A stretch of DNA of 32,329 nucleotides from a virus (taxonomy: Duplodnaviria > Caudoviricetes). The notes beneath the pieces are model-generated. The model worked only from the letters and a program-made list of their open reading frames with translations, had not been told where the DNA came from and made no database searches. Below, in pieces: positions 17,514 to 26,951 of this stretch. The DNA lies in IMG/VR virus record IMGVR_UViG_3300005758_000042, positions 1-32,329 of that record; one strand, 5' to 3'. The translations under genes were made by a program, and so were the position numbers. The number at the start of each line of letters is the position of its first letter. Positions within the stretch are counted from its first letter, which is position 1.

Positions 17514-19051
17514 TACCGAGTCCTTCCTGCTTTACAGAATATATCTAATTTTTGGATAGACATTTCAGAGCCATCAATAAACGTCTCAACACCAAGTTGA
17601 ATCACGTTACCGGCTCCTCCTACTTGAACCTTTTGATTATCAAATACAGCTCCGATACTATATTCATCAGAGCCATATTCAGCATACCCATATTCAGAGA
17701 AAGCAACTGACCGAAGGGTCATTACTTGTGAATTGTAGTTGTTGCTATAGTCAAAACCATACTTTAAGACCACAGAAGCCTCGCTTCCTCCGACCACAGA
17801 GAAACTGACTTTCTTCAGAATCTTTACAGCAGAAGGGGAACCAAGATCAAAGTAATTGGTGTAGTAGCTCATCAAATACCGTACACCGTTATCCTGATAC
17901 CCTGCATAAGAAGCCACGTAGCTGGCAAAACCCATCAATACTTCTTTATCACGAGTAGCACAAAGAGCAGAAGGAGTCAGCGCCCAGGTGGTCATGCGAG
18001 AGGCTCCTGACTGCAATGCTCCACGCATATCAAAGCAGTAGGTAACACCAGAAGTAGGGAAGACCAGGATATAGAAGGCTTGGCTGTCTGAATATACAGA
18101 CTTAATGTTAGCCAACGTTTCAGAAGATACTGCCTTGACAAGATCATCACGCACATTGGCGCTCATGTCTCGCAAAGGAGCAGAGCGATCCTGGACCACC
18201 CGCTTGATAGACCGTACCCCTGAATCGCTCAGGAAGATAATATCATCTCCAGTAGCTTGAATAGAGTCACGAGCACAACAACCGATACCAGTAATAGCGT
18301 CAGCCAAAGAAAGATTAGTTGGATCATTTGCGTTCTGATAGATCAGGATCTGTCTACGACCAAAGATATACAAATAATTGTTATGAGAAGCCAATCCTTG
18401 GATCTCATCAGCACCAACAGGCCACACCTGAGCCACATTAAGAGTCCCAGAAGAGCCGGTATTGAGCACATGACCAGAAAGCAGGTCAGAGAATTGAACG
18501 GTGTTCTTATCCGTAGCCGTAGAAGCACTCCAGGTGCGTCCATAAGCGCTTATAACGCAGTTTGCCTGCTGTACCGTACCTAGGTATCCAGTCTTCTCAG
18601 AAACACGCTTAAACGTGGTTGTAGACACCGCAGGATCGAATACTAGAGGATCGTGTCCTGACTGATAGAGGTACAACACACCATTAAGTGCTGCCATCTG
18701 CCAGTTATCAGCCGTAATCGTAGGAGCAGTACCTCCACCGCCGTAGGTCAGAGTGACCAAGGTAGCACCATTGAGCTTAAACAGCTTATTGTTACCAGCA
18801 GCAATGATGTACGATGTTCCACCATTAGAAATCAGCTCACCGATGGCTTTAACCTTATTGGTACTCAGATCAGAGTTAGTGGTATGCTTAGGAACCCACC
18901 CTTTACGAGCACCAATACGACCAAACTTGTCAATAACGCAGTTATTAGCCGTGGTAGCATAGCCAGCCTCAAGAGACACAGAGGAATCTTGGGTATTTAC
19001 CCCCATAAAGCCGGGGGCAGCAATACTGGAGGTTAGGATATTTTCTGCCAT
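17513..19051 (-). CDS. Tail nozzle/hub protein (P22 gp10 or T7 gp12 analogue)
   Basis: 512 aa beta-propeller-like; GCCARDSI...IIFLSDSGVRS; follows the adaptor gene. Confidence 0.75.
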   Translation of the reverse strand: MAENILTSSIAAPGFMGVNTQDSSVSLEAGYATTANNCVIDKFGRIGARKGWVPKHTTNSDLSTNKVKAIGELISNGGTSYIIAAGNNKLFKLNGATLVTLTYGGGGTAPTITADNWQMAALNGVLYLYQSGHDPLVFDPAVSTTTFKRVSEKTGYLGTVQQANCVISAYGRTWSASTATDKNTVQFSDLLSGHVLNTGSSGTLNVAQVWPVGADEIQGLASHNNYLYIFGRRQILIYQNANDPTNLSLADAITGIGCCARDSIQATGDDIIFLSDSGVRSIKRVVQDRSAPLRDMSANVRDDLVKAVSSETLANIKSVYSDSQAFYILVFPTSGVTYCFDMRGALQSGASRMTTWALTPSALCATRDKEVLMGFASYVASYAGYQDNGVRYLMSYYTNYFDLGSPSAVKILKKVSFSVVGGSEASVVLKYGFDYSNNYNSQVMTLRSVAFSEYGYAEYGSDEYSIGAVFDNQKVQVGGAGNVIQLGVETFIDGSEMSIQKLDIFCKAGRTR

Positions 19052-19701
19052 TACGGATTCACCCAGACCGTTTCTTCAAGGTAGCGGTTACGCTCAATAG
19101 CCACAGCATCAGCCAAAGCCTGACGATAGAGGTTATATGCCTCAGAAGACAGAATACCTGAGTCCTCACCACGCTCAGCGATAGCCTTAGCATAGGCCAA
19201 CAAGCATACCAAGTGAGGAGCAACCAACACACGGTCAGTATCTGCCACTAGATCAACTTGAGGAATAATCAGGTTAAAACGAACAGTGTAAACACCGTCA
19301 GGGATAGGATACAGATCAACCTGGGTATCTCCGTTATTATCAACTCCGTTAAAGTTAAAGTAATAAGGAACACCTTTGGTATTATTTGTCAGAAGGAATT
19401 GACGATCCATCCAGGTCGTAGGTGCATACCGCATCTGGAAGTCTTTGGTATCGTTTAGTACATCAATAACGCGAAAGCGAGTACCTGAAGTAGACAAAAC
19501 ATAGTTAAAAAGACCATCTGATGTCTCAGCGGTCAGTGTATTGGACAAAGCGTTCCAGTCATAAGCATCTTCTACTTCGCGTTTGGCATCGTTGATATAA
19601 ACACCGATAAGCTTAGAATAGGACTTATCTTGCACTGACGACACCGTTTGTTCACGGAGCCTAGTCAATACATTATTAACCAGTTCAAGATACGTAGACA
19701 T
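19051..19701 (-). CDS. Head-tail adaptor (tail tubular protein A-like)
   Basis: MSTYLELVNNVLTRLRE...INDAKREVEDAYDW...LYPIPDGVY. Confidence 0.75.
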   Translation of the reverse strand: MSTYLELVNNVLTRLREQTVSSVQDKSYSKLIGVYINDAKREVEDAYDWNALSNTLTAETSDGLFNYVLSTSGTRFRVIDVLNDTKDFQMRYAPTTWMDRQFLLTNNTKGVPYYFNFNGVDNNGDTQVDLYPIPDGVYTVRFNLIIPQVDLVADTDRVLVAPHLVCLLAYAKAIAERGEDSGILSSEAYNLYRQALADAVAIERNRYLEETVWVNP

Positions 19702-20037
19702 TTAGATTCCTTCTTTCTTAATCTGCTCAAAGGTGGCAATGGTGCTAAAGGTGCTACCAGACTCAGAGGTAATTGTCACATAATCACCTTCTTCAAGCAC
19801 CATATAAGCACCTCCGTCAATCTTCAAGAATTCTTTGGTGTTAACACCGTATTGATAGAGAATGCTAATATCGATGTTTTGACTTTTATCGTGCCAAGTA
19901 ACTGTAATATATTTAGTAGAACCAGACCCGTTCAGCACATACAGCAGATTCCACTTGGCATAATAACCAACTGGAACTGTGTAAATAACTGTAGGAGTAG
20001 CAGCAGTTAAGTTGCTGCCAATGGTAAGTTCTCTCAT
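19702..20037 (-). CDS. Hypothetical beta-rich virion-associated protein
   Basis: 111 aa; TVIYTVP...VLEEGDYV. Confidence 0.6.
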   Translation of the reverse strand: MRELTIGSNLTAATPTVIYTVPVGYYAKWNLLYVLNGSGSTKYITVTWHDKSQNIDISILYQYGVNTKEFLKIDGGAYMVLEEGDYVTITSESGSTFSTIATFEQIKKEGI

Positions 20038-20219
20038 TTCTTCTTCTTCTTATTGGTAGCAGTGCGCTGACCACGCATGGGCATATCAGCCTCGCTCATG
20101 GCGATAGCAATAGCTTGTTTACGGGATTTAACCACAGGACCGCCTTTACCGCTATGCAGAGTACCTTCTTTGTACTCTTTCATAACTTTACCGATCTTCT
20201 TTTGACCTTTAGACATCAT
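20034..20219 (-). CDS. Small basic protein (DUF6496-like)
   Basis: KVMKEYKEGTLHSGKGGPVVKSRKQAIAIAMSEA. Confidence 0.75.
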   Translation of the reverse strand: MMSKGQKKIGKVMKEYKEGTLHSGKGGPVVKSRKQAIAIAMSEADMPMRGQRTATNKKKKK

Positions 20220-20220
20220 A

Positions 20221-20439
20221 TTAAACCTTATGTGTTAGGGCTGCATATACAGCACCGAAGAAAGCACCAACAATCAGGATAGGCTTAACAGCCTTAGCCA
20301 ACCACTCCAACACCGTAAAAGCCCCGGAAGCAGCATTAAACGCTTTTACCATGTCTTTAGTATTGGAATCAATCTTATCCACCTTCTGTTCAACTTGAAC
20401 TAGGCGCTCATAGATCTCTTTGTGGCTAATGTCTTCCAT
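20221..20439 (-). CDS. Coiled-coil plus C-terminal TM protein (XhlA-like, possible holin)
   Basis: ERLVQVEQKVDKID followed by PILIVGAFFGAVYAAL. Confidence 0.6.
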   Translation of the reverse strand: MEDISHKEIYERLVQVEQKVDKIDSNTKDMVKAFNAASGAFTVLEWLAKAVKPILIVGAFFGAVYAALTHKV

Positions 20440-20451
20440 GATATTATAGTA

Positions 20452-20733
20452 TTAATATTTGTTTTCTGCAAATACATTCATAAAGACAGTGCCATCCTCC
20501 AATGCTTCAATTTCATGCCATTCACTGGCAACTAGATTGATAGGCTGAGTGTTCTTATCCATAATAATCTCTTTGTTTTCTTTACGGATAAGGCAACCAC
20601 CGGATAAACAAGTAGTCAAATGAGCGTAAGCGTGGGAATGCTGAGGAATACCTTCTCCCTTATTTGCATGGAAGATATGCAAAACAGCACCATCGTAATT
20701 AACGATATGCTTAGGGAGAATGGCTACAGTCAT
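20452..20733 (-). CDS. Cupin-fold protein
   Basis: IPQHSHAYAHLT...WHEIEALEDGTVF. Confidence 0.8.
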   Translation of the reverse strand: MTVAILPKHIVNYDGAVLHIFHANKGEGIPQHSHAYAHLTTCLSGGCLIRKENKEIIMDKNTQPINLVASEWHEIEALEDGTVFMNVFAENKY

Positions 20734-21026
20734 GCTGATTGTGCTCCAAACACAACAGGCTGATCCTCAGCAGCAGGCTTAGGAGGCATAGGAGGAACAA
20801 TCAAAATAGCTTTGATTATGGTATCATAATACCATTGGTCTGCCACAACCTCGTCCACACACTCTACCCAGAACAGAGGCTCAGCCACAGGAAACATTTG
20901 AGCCGCCACTTCTGCTACACGAGCAGAGTTAGCAATCTGTTCTAAAATAGGCATAGGAGGAGTAGCGGAAGTCCATCCAACAATTTTATTTACTTGTTCA
21001 CGAGGATCAATAATTGCGTTTTTCAT
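20730..21026 (-). CDS. Hypothetical protein, possible fibre assembly chaperone
   Basis: 98 aa directly downstream of the Gly-rich fibre gene; FPVAEPLFWVECVDEVVADQWYYD. Confidence 0.55.
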   Translation of the reverse strand: MKNAIIDPREQVNKIVGWTSATPPMPILEQIANSARVAEVAAQMFPVAEPLFWVECVDEVVADQWYYDTIIKAILIVPPMPPKPAAEDQPVVFGAQSA

Positions 21027-21037
21027 TTATCACTCCA

Positions 21038-21982
21038 TCAATATTCAATAATCACTGCACCAGCGCCACCAGCATAGCCGCCAGTAGGGGCAGAACCGCC
21101 TGCACCAACAGTAATAGATAATGTGTTTCCTGAAGTAAGTCCAGTCAACCATTTAATAGCATTACCACCGCCACAACCAGGGCCGCCTTGTGCAGTATTT
21201 CCGGTAGCTCCTAGAACACCTGCATTATTTTGTGAACGATAACCAGAAAGAATTGAAGTGCCTTGAGAAGCGCTACCACCATATCCATTAAGATCCCCTC
21301 CGCTTCCTACTCCTCCAGAAGTATTTGAAGGGGCAAAAGGATTTCCTCCTGCACCGCCGGTGGCAGAAATTGTAGAGATAGTTTGAGTACCGGAAGCAAC
21401 ACTACTGGTTCCTCCTGTGTTTCCGGTAGTATATGTACATCCATTCCATCCGTTACTGGAGCCACCGCCACCAACAACAGTTACTTTAAGCTTGGTAACG
21501 CCAGAAGGAATAGTAAACGTATGTGAACCAGAAGTAGTATAAACAGTCGCTGAAGGACCGGCAAAACTACTGCCGCTAGAAGCAGTAGCCCACGAAAGCG
21601 TACCAGTACCGTTAGTGGACAACATTTGACCGCTGGTTCCATCGGCAGACGGTAGCGTATAGATCGTAGAACCAGCAGCAGCGGCTCCTTTAAGGCCCAC
21701 ATAACCAGAGCTAGAGCCATACAAACGCAGATTATTCACATAAGCGTCTGCTTTGGTGGTTGCACCGATGGCAGTACCGTCAATATTACCGCCAGTGATA
21801 GCAACAGCGTTAGCTTCCTGGTTACCAAGGCCACCAACAACCTTAACAACGCTGCCGCCGTTGTCTTTGGTATAGATCTTTTTATCAGTGACGTTAACAG
21901 CCAACTCACCCTTAGTGAGCTGACCTGCTGTCGGGACTGCTGATGCAGTGCTTGAGTTTTTAGTTACGATAGTAGAAGCCAT
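21038..21982 (-). CDS. Gly-rich tail fibre/receptor-binding protein
   Basis: N-terminal PTAGQLTKGELAVNVTDKKIY; LPSADGTSGQMLSTNGTGTLSW shaft motif; C-terminal FTIPSGVTKLKVTVVGGGG...GAVIIEY. Confidence 0.8.
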   Translation of the reverse strand: MASTIVTKNSSTASAVPTAGQLTKGELAVNVTDKKIYTKDNGGSVVKVVGGLGNQEANAVAITGGNIDGTAIGATTKADAYVNNLRLYGSSSGYVGLKGAAAAGSTIYTLPSADGTSGQMLSTNGTGTLSWATASSGSSFAGPSATVYTTSGSHTFTIPSGVTKLKVTVVGGGGSSNGWNGCTYTTGNTGGTSSVASGTQTISTISATGGAGGNPFAPSNTSGGVGSGGDLNGYGGSASQGTSILSGYRSQNNAGVLGATGNTAQGGPGCGGGNAIKWLTGLTSGNTLSITVGAGGSAPTGGYAGGAGAVIIEY

Positions 21983-21991
21983 AGTTTTTCC

Positions 21992-23257
21992 TTAATAGGT
22001 TCCCCCGTCAATTGTACCAGTAATTTTAGATCCTGCCAAGGCAGTAATCCAAGAAGGGTCTGAATATGACCCAGAAGTGGACACATAAGTGGTTGTATCA
22101 ATAGACCAAGTATTTGTCCCTGTTTTCTTCAGAAATCCAGTAGATCCGTTCAAGGCAGCAATGGCTGTCAAGTCACCGTCCAAAGGTTGATAGGTAGTAG
22201 CAGCAGTAGCGCTGGTCAAATAACCAGCAGATGCGTGGTTTCCCCATCCGTAGGCCGTATCTGCCTTTGTTCCTTGGGCAGCAGTAGCATAATCCGTAGA
22301 TGCTGTCGTAGCAGCAGTGCCTAGACCCAGGTTTGTCCGAGCCGTAGCTGCGTTAGTTAGATCAGAAAGATTATTAGCCTTCAACAGAGATGAACTAAGA
22401 GTAGTCACAGCAGCAGCGGCACTGGCAGCAGCATTAGTTGCGCTAGTGGCTGCATTAGAAGCACTGGTTGCTGCACTAGAGGCGCTATTAGCCGCATTAG
22501 TAGCACTGGTTGAGGCAGAAGAAGCACTAGAAGCAGCAGCCGTAGCGCTGGAATCTGCTGCATTCTTGTAGGTCAGTGCGTTGCTTTCGCTAGTAGCAGC
22601 GTTAGTAGCACTTGTAGAAGCCGCAGAAGCGCTGTTTGATGCGTTTGTTGCTGACGTAGAAGCTGCTGATGCACTTGAACTTGCATTAGATGCGCTCGTA
22701 GAAGCATTTGAAGCACTTGTAGAAGCAGAAGAAGCACTGCTTGATGCGCTAGAAGCACTTGCAGAAGCGTTAGTTTCGCTTGTGGCTGCATTGGAAGCAC
22801 TTGTAGAGGCACTAGAAGCGCTACCAGAGGCTGCACTAGCGCTTGAAGCTGCGGCAGAAGCACTAGAGGCAGCAGCAGCAGCGTCAGCGGCTACAGAAGC
22901 CTCACTAGCGGCAGCGTCTGAGGCACTGGAAGCAGCAGCAGATGCACTACTAGCGGCAGCACTTGCGCTTGCAGAAGCTTCAGAAGCTTTGGTGGTTGCT
23001 GTAGACGCGCTAGAGGCTGCTGAAGAAGCGTCTCCTAGAGCAGAAGCTGCGCTTGCAGATGCCGATGAAACATAAGCAGCAGAAGTGATTGCAGAATTAG
23101 CAGCAGAAACAGAACTAGCAGCAGCAGCGGTAGCACTAGAGGCTGCGGCAGTGGCTGCTGCAACAGCTTCAGCAGTTTTTTCAATCACCAAGGCGGCTTG
23201 ATTAGCTGCCTCGTTGGTAGTATCCCCTGATCCACCAGGGCCACGATAAATTGCCAT
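21992..23257 (-). CDS. Ala/Ser-rich long fibre protein
   Basis: Long stretch of SASSASTSASNA-type repeats; NNLSDL...ARTNLGLG fibre motif; ends TIDGGTY. Confidence 0.8.
   Translation of the reverse strand: MAIYRGPGGSGDTTNEAANQAALVIEKTAEAVAAATAAASSATAAAASSVSAANSAITSAAYVSSASASAASALGDASSAASSASTATTKASEASASASAAASSASAAASSASDAAASEASVAADAAAAASSASAAASSASAASGSASSASTSASNAATSETNASASASSASSSASSASTSASNASTSASNASSSASAASTSATNASNSASAASTSATNAATSESNALTYKNAADSSATAAASSASSASTSATNAANSASSAATSASNAATSATNAAASAAAAVTTLSSSLLKANNLSDLTNAATARTNLGLGTAATTASTDYATAAQGTKADTAYGWGNHASAGYLTSATAATTYQPLDGDLTAIAALNGSTGFLKKTGTNTWSIDTTTYVSTSGSYSDPSWITALAGSKITGTIDGGTY
22410..23170 (-). repeat. Low-complexity coding repeat (Ala/Ser/Thr heptads)
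   Basis: Recurrent GAAGCACT/GCAGCACTAG units on the + strand. Confidence 0.8.
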
Positions 23258-24928
23258 TTAGACTCCGAACAGTTTCTGAGAGATGTTGGTATCAGGAACA
23301 AACTTAGTTGCGTACCAAGACTGCAACGGGGTTGTAATATCTGCCGGAGCAGTGGGGAACAGTCGATTATAGTTTTGCTGAATCTGTTGATAATAAGCAG
23401 GACTATAGTTAGCCGTACCGCTGTAAGTCCCTGCCTGAGACACAGGAGCAGGGGTGGTAGAAGATGAACCACCAGTCAATGCACCAATAGCAGCCGCCCC
23501 TGCCAAAGCACCAGCAGCCCCTCCAAGAAGACCAGTAGAAGACAGCAGATTCTTAGCTGTATTTGCGGTACTGATAAGACTCTTGATCTTGTTAACATCA
23601 GAAGCAGTTACATTGGTAGTACCTGCTTGAAGAATCTGATTAATCTCAGCCGTGGTAGCAGGAGGAAGGTCAGACAAAGAAGCGGGATCAATACCAATAT
23701 CTTTATAGAACTGGTCTTGAGCTTCTGCTTCAGTCATTCCAATGTTGCTCATGGAATTGACATCATTAGCCACCGTCTGTGCAGCGTCAGCTTCAAGATA
23801 ATCCGAAGGAGACGGAGGCAACTGAGGCTGTTCCGTCACAGCAGGCTGCTGAGCAACTGCTTCAGGCACAGGCTCTGGAACACTAGGCATGGTTGCAGTC
23901 GTGTCAGCAAGAGGATTAGTCAGGTCTTCTGTCGTATAAGCAAAAGGATCTTTAAGAATGTCTTGCGTAGCAGCCGCATCAGCAGCCAAGTAGTCAGGCT
24001 GAGTTACCGAAGGAGTTACGTTAGGAATCTGAGTAGGCGTAACTTCAGGGGTAGTGATACCTGTGCCAACAGTAGCCACTTCAGGAAGGATGTTTTCAAT
24101 CCCTGTAGCAACTTGGTCGATGGGAAGCTCTCCACCATACACGTTCTGCAAGTCAGCAGTGCCTGCATTGAGGATGTCTTCACCGCCGCTAACGGCTGAT
24201 CCAAGAGCGTTAGTGCCTGCTCCAATAACAGAAGAAATCAATGCTTTTTCAGCATCTCCACCGTTTAAGGCAGTCTGGATCAATGTATTACCAGCAATCG
24301 TAGCTGCCGTTCCTGTCAATCCCAAAGCAGAGCCAATAGCAGTTCCAGCTCCAGGCAACGCCGCCGCAAGAATAACAGGAACTAAAGGATTATTCAACAG
24401 TCCTTGAACACTTCCTAAGAAACCAGTTCCTTCATTACTTCCAGTCTGATATACAGTAGGATTATACGAAGTGATTTGCCCGGTTCCTGCCTCAGGCTGA
24501 AAAATCATTTCATTAAATACGTTGTTATCAGCCCTAGTACGGACACGATATTGTCCTGTTTTAACCTGTTCATAAACAGGGTAAGGGAAACCGTCTTCGT
24601 TTACTGCTGTTCCTGTCTGTACGGTTTTGGTTATAGGTTGAAAAGTCCAGCTATTACTAGGAACATAAATCTTACCGTCAACTTCTAAAGCTTCAACCCC
24701 GCTAGTGGGGACAAACCCACTTTCGTAATCATAAACAGTCCCGCCATGAGGCTGATCGTAATAACGAACATCCCAAGCCCCTCCGTTAACGTAGCTTTCT
24801 GGATATACGGTAACTACTTTTGCTTGTCCAGATTTTAGAAAAGAACCAATGGTATTAATGTCAGGGGCCGAATATGTAGACGGGCCTGCATAATTAGCAA
24901 CAGGGATTACTTTAGGAGAGGTTGCCAT
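23258..24928 (-). CDS. Hypothetical virion-associated protein
   Basis: 556 aa: beta-rich N-terminus, two Gly/Ala hydrophobic patches, acidic Pro/Thr-rich linker. Confidence 0.6.
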   Translation of the reverse strand: MATSPKVIPVANYAGPSTYSAPDINTIGSFLKSGQAKVVTVYPESYVNGGAWDVRYYDQPHGGTVYDYESGFVPTSGVEALEVDGKIYVPSNSWTFQPITKTVQTGTAVNEDGFPYPVYEQVKTGQYRVRTRADNNVFNEMIFQPEAGTGQITSYNPTVYQTGSNEGTGFLGSVQGLLNNPLVPVILAAALPGAGTAIGSALGLTGTAATIAGNTLIQTALNGGDAEKALISSVIGAGTNALGSAVSGGEDILNAGTADLQNVYGGELPIDQVATGIENILPEVATVGTGITTPEVTPTQIPNVTPSVTQPDYLAADAAATQDILKDPFAYTTEDLTNPLADTTATMPSVPEPVPEAVAQQPAVTEQPQLPPSPSDYLEADAAQTVANDVNSMSNIGMTEAEAQDQFYKDIGIDPASLSDLPPATTAEINQILQAGTTNVTASDVNKIKSLISTANTAKNLLSSTGLLGGAAGALAGAAAIGALTGGSSSTTPAPVSQAGTYSGTANYSPAYYQQIQQNYNRLFPTAPADITTPLQSWYATKFVPDTNISQKLFGV

Positions 24929-24930
24929 TA

Positions 24931-25095
24931 TTACTCTTCTTTAGATTTGAATTTCTTCTTCGGCTCTTCTTTAACTTCTACAACTACAACTTCTTCCCAT
25001 TCAGGGTTGTTTTGAAAACTCTTAATGTCACCTTCCTCCACTACGACAGCGTAGCGATTAGGGTCATTATTGTCGATCATCTTGAATGTAGCCAT
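24931..25095 (-). CDS. 54-aa hypothetical protein downstream of the capsid gene (not in ORF track)
   Basis: MATFKMIDNNDPNRYAVVVEEGDIKSFQNNPEWEEVVVVEVKEEPKKKFKSKEE*; AAAGGA SD. Confidence 0.75.
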   Translation of the reverse strand: MATFKMIDNNDPNRYAVVVEEGDIKSFQNNPEWEEVVVVEVKEEPKKKFKSKEE

Positions 25096-25109
25096 TATGT
25101 ATCCTTTCT

Positions 25110-25163
25110 GAAAAGCCCCGTAGGGCTCTTTAAAAAGGACTCCATCCTTTTGAGATGGAGCCT
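25110..25163 (-). terminator. Tandem intrinsic terminators after the major capsid gene
   Basis: On - strand GGCTCCATC-TCAAAAG-GATGGAGTC-CTTTTT, then GAGCCC-TACG-GGGCTTTT. Confidence 0.8.
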
Positions 25164-25195
25164 TAGGGGTGCAAGCTCTTAACGAGTTATAGTTA

Positions 25196-26116
25196 TTAAG
25201 CCAGAACGATCAGCGGAACGCAGGACTTGTCACGCAGCTCAGCAGCGCCATACAGCGTGTCAGCGGTGAACAACGTACCCAGGAATTCCTGCTTGTATTG
25301 CGTCTGCGAACGAACGCCCAACTGCTCAACCAGCACAGCGAAGTCACGCTGGAACAGCAGAGCAACCTTGTCAGGGGTCGAAGCAGCGGTGGTGTCACAG
25401 TTGGTGGACACGAACACTTTCACGCCGTAGATGTCACCAAACTCGCCGTTCATCAGCGTAGAACCCGTACCTTTGAAGGCTTGCTCGGTGAAACGAGCGA
25501 TACCCAACATAGAGTTACGAGCCACCGGGGGAACGACCAGCGAACGACCGTCCATCGGCACATCGTTATCGTCCAGCGACTGGATAGCCTTGCGGATACC
25601 AGCGTCAGCGATAGCGGCAGCGTTAGACGAACCGTAGGTGTAAGCAGCACCGGTAGAACCGATCAAGCCGCCAGCGTATTGCTGGTTGCCAGCCGTACCG
25701 CCGTTAGCACCACGACCCAACTGGATCAGGGTGGTGTCAACTTGCTTAGCCAGGGCGTAGCCAGCATCTTCGGTGTAGAAACCGCGCAGGCTCGACAGAG
25801 CTTGGGCTTCAACGATGTCCTCGATCAAACGCGAGTATTCGTAGTGGTTAGCGATGCTCACAGAGATGTCGCTATCGCTTTCAGCAATCAGCGTCACCGT
25901 GTTAGCAGCGGCCTTGGCAGAAGCAGAACCACGAGCCGGGCTAGGAATGTGAACCGTGTCACCTTTCTTGCCCTTGAAGTTCATTTTCTTAACCAAGTTA
26001 GCCATAACGAGGTTTTTCTTATACGCAGCAACAATCTCATCACTCCATACTTCGGGGATGAAATTAGCTGCGCTGGTGGTGGTTACGGCATTTGCGCCGG
26101 AAAAAGTAGCTGCCAT
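25196..26116 (-). CDS. Major capsid protein (HK97 fold, P22/T7-like)
   Basis: FIPEVWSDEI; KGDTVHIP; GYALAKQVD; LDDNDVPMDGR; GDIYGVKVFVS; ADTLYG; AGGAG SD; strongly biased codons. Confidence 0.93.
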   Translation of the reverse strand: MAATFSGANAVTTTSAANFIPEVWSDEIVAAYKKNLVMANLVKKMNFKGKKGDTVHIPSPARGSASAKAAANTVTLIAESDSDISVSIANHYEYSRLIEDIVEAQALSSLRGFYTEDAGYALAKQVDTTLIQLGRGANGGTAGNQQYAGGLIGSTGAAYTYGSSNAAAIADAGIRKAIQSLDDNDVPMDGRSLVVPPVARNSMLGIARFTEQAFKGTGSTLMNGEFGDIYGVKVFVSTNCDTTAASTPDKVALLFQRDFAVLVEQLGVRSQTQYKQEFLGTLFTADTLYGAAELRDKSCVPLIVLA

Positions 26117-26139
26117 TTTATAAAACTCCTAAGTTTTGT

Positions 26140-26898
26140 TTATTTAACTCGACCTTCAGCGTATGCCTTCATAATCTCAGGCTGAAGCTGTTCATAACGG
26201 TCAGGATCTGTCATTTTTAGCCGGATTAGGTCAGCACGGCGATAGACTTTGGCTGAAGACTCTCCAGTACCTCCAGTATCAACAGATGCGGCCTTAAGAT
26301 TCTGTTTAAGCATCTTCTGACCAGCATCAGCAGTTTGCTTGGCTTTTACACCACGAATCTGCTTGAACGTACTCAACAACTCATCAGCAGCGCCGAAATC
26401 GTATTGACTGTCTGCCATAGCAAACATATTCAAACGGATCGGGGAGGCTTTTACCCACTCCTGGAACTCACCGTCTCCTACCACCTCTGCAAAATCAGGA
26501 TGCTTTTGTTGAAGCATTTGCTGAGTCTGCATCTTCTTGAACTGCTGAGCAGCTTCACGAGCAGCGATAATATCCGGATGAGTCTCAACTGCTTTCAGAA
26601 CCGCTGTTTTCGGATCTTCAAAGAAGTCAATCTCTGTTTCTTGTTTAGCAACTGGTTGCTCTTTATTGAGGTTCTGCTGAATCAACTGGTCTGCGAGCTT
26701 TCGCATTTCCCCTACTTCTTGTGCCTGCCTCCCAATCAGCTTTTCAGCCTCTTGGTGCATTTTCACAATATCCTCCAGACTCTTACCTGAGTATTTCTCA
26801 GGAATCTGGGGAGCCGCAGGTTCAGAATTTAGTTCTTGTTTCTGCTCTTCAGCCTCAATTTCACTCGGCTTCTCAATTTCTTCGTCAATCAATGCCAT
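26140..26898 (-). CDS. Capsid scaffolding protein
   Basis: IPEKYSGKSLEDIVKMHQEAEKLIGRQAQEVGE; C-terminal EIMKAYAEGRVK; upstream of the capsid gene. Confidence 0.85.
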   Translation of the reverse strand: MALIDEEIEKPSEIEAEEQKQELNSEPAAPQIPEKYSGKSLEDIVKMHQEAEKLIGRQAQEVGEMRKLADQLIQQNLNKEQPVAKQETEIDFFEDPKTAVLKAVETHPDIIAAREAAQQFKKMQTQQMLQQKHPDFAEVVGDGEFQEWVKASPIRLNMFAMADSQYDFGAADELLSTFKQIRGVKAKQTADAGQKMLKQNLKAASVDTGGTGESSAKVYRRADLIRLKMTDPDRYEQLQPEIMKAYAEGRVK

Positions 26899-26951
26899 AC
26901 TTACCTTTCCTGCCGTAAACGGTTCTAGGATATTTATAGAATGGAACGAAC

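Noticed and set aside
22581-23075. Ala/Leu/Glu-rich + strand ORF
   Set aside because: Reverse-complement reading of the Ala/Ser repeat of the fibre gene.
25298-26185. 295-aa + strand ORF
   Set aside because: Antisense shadow of the codon-biased capsid gene; no recognisable motifs.
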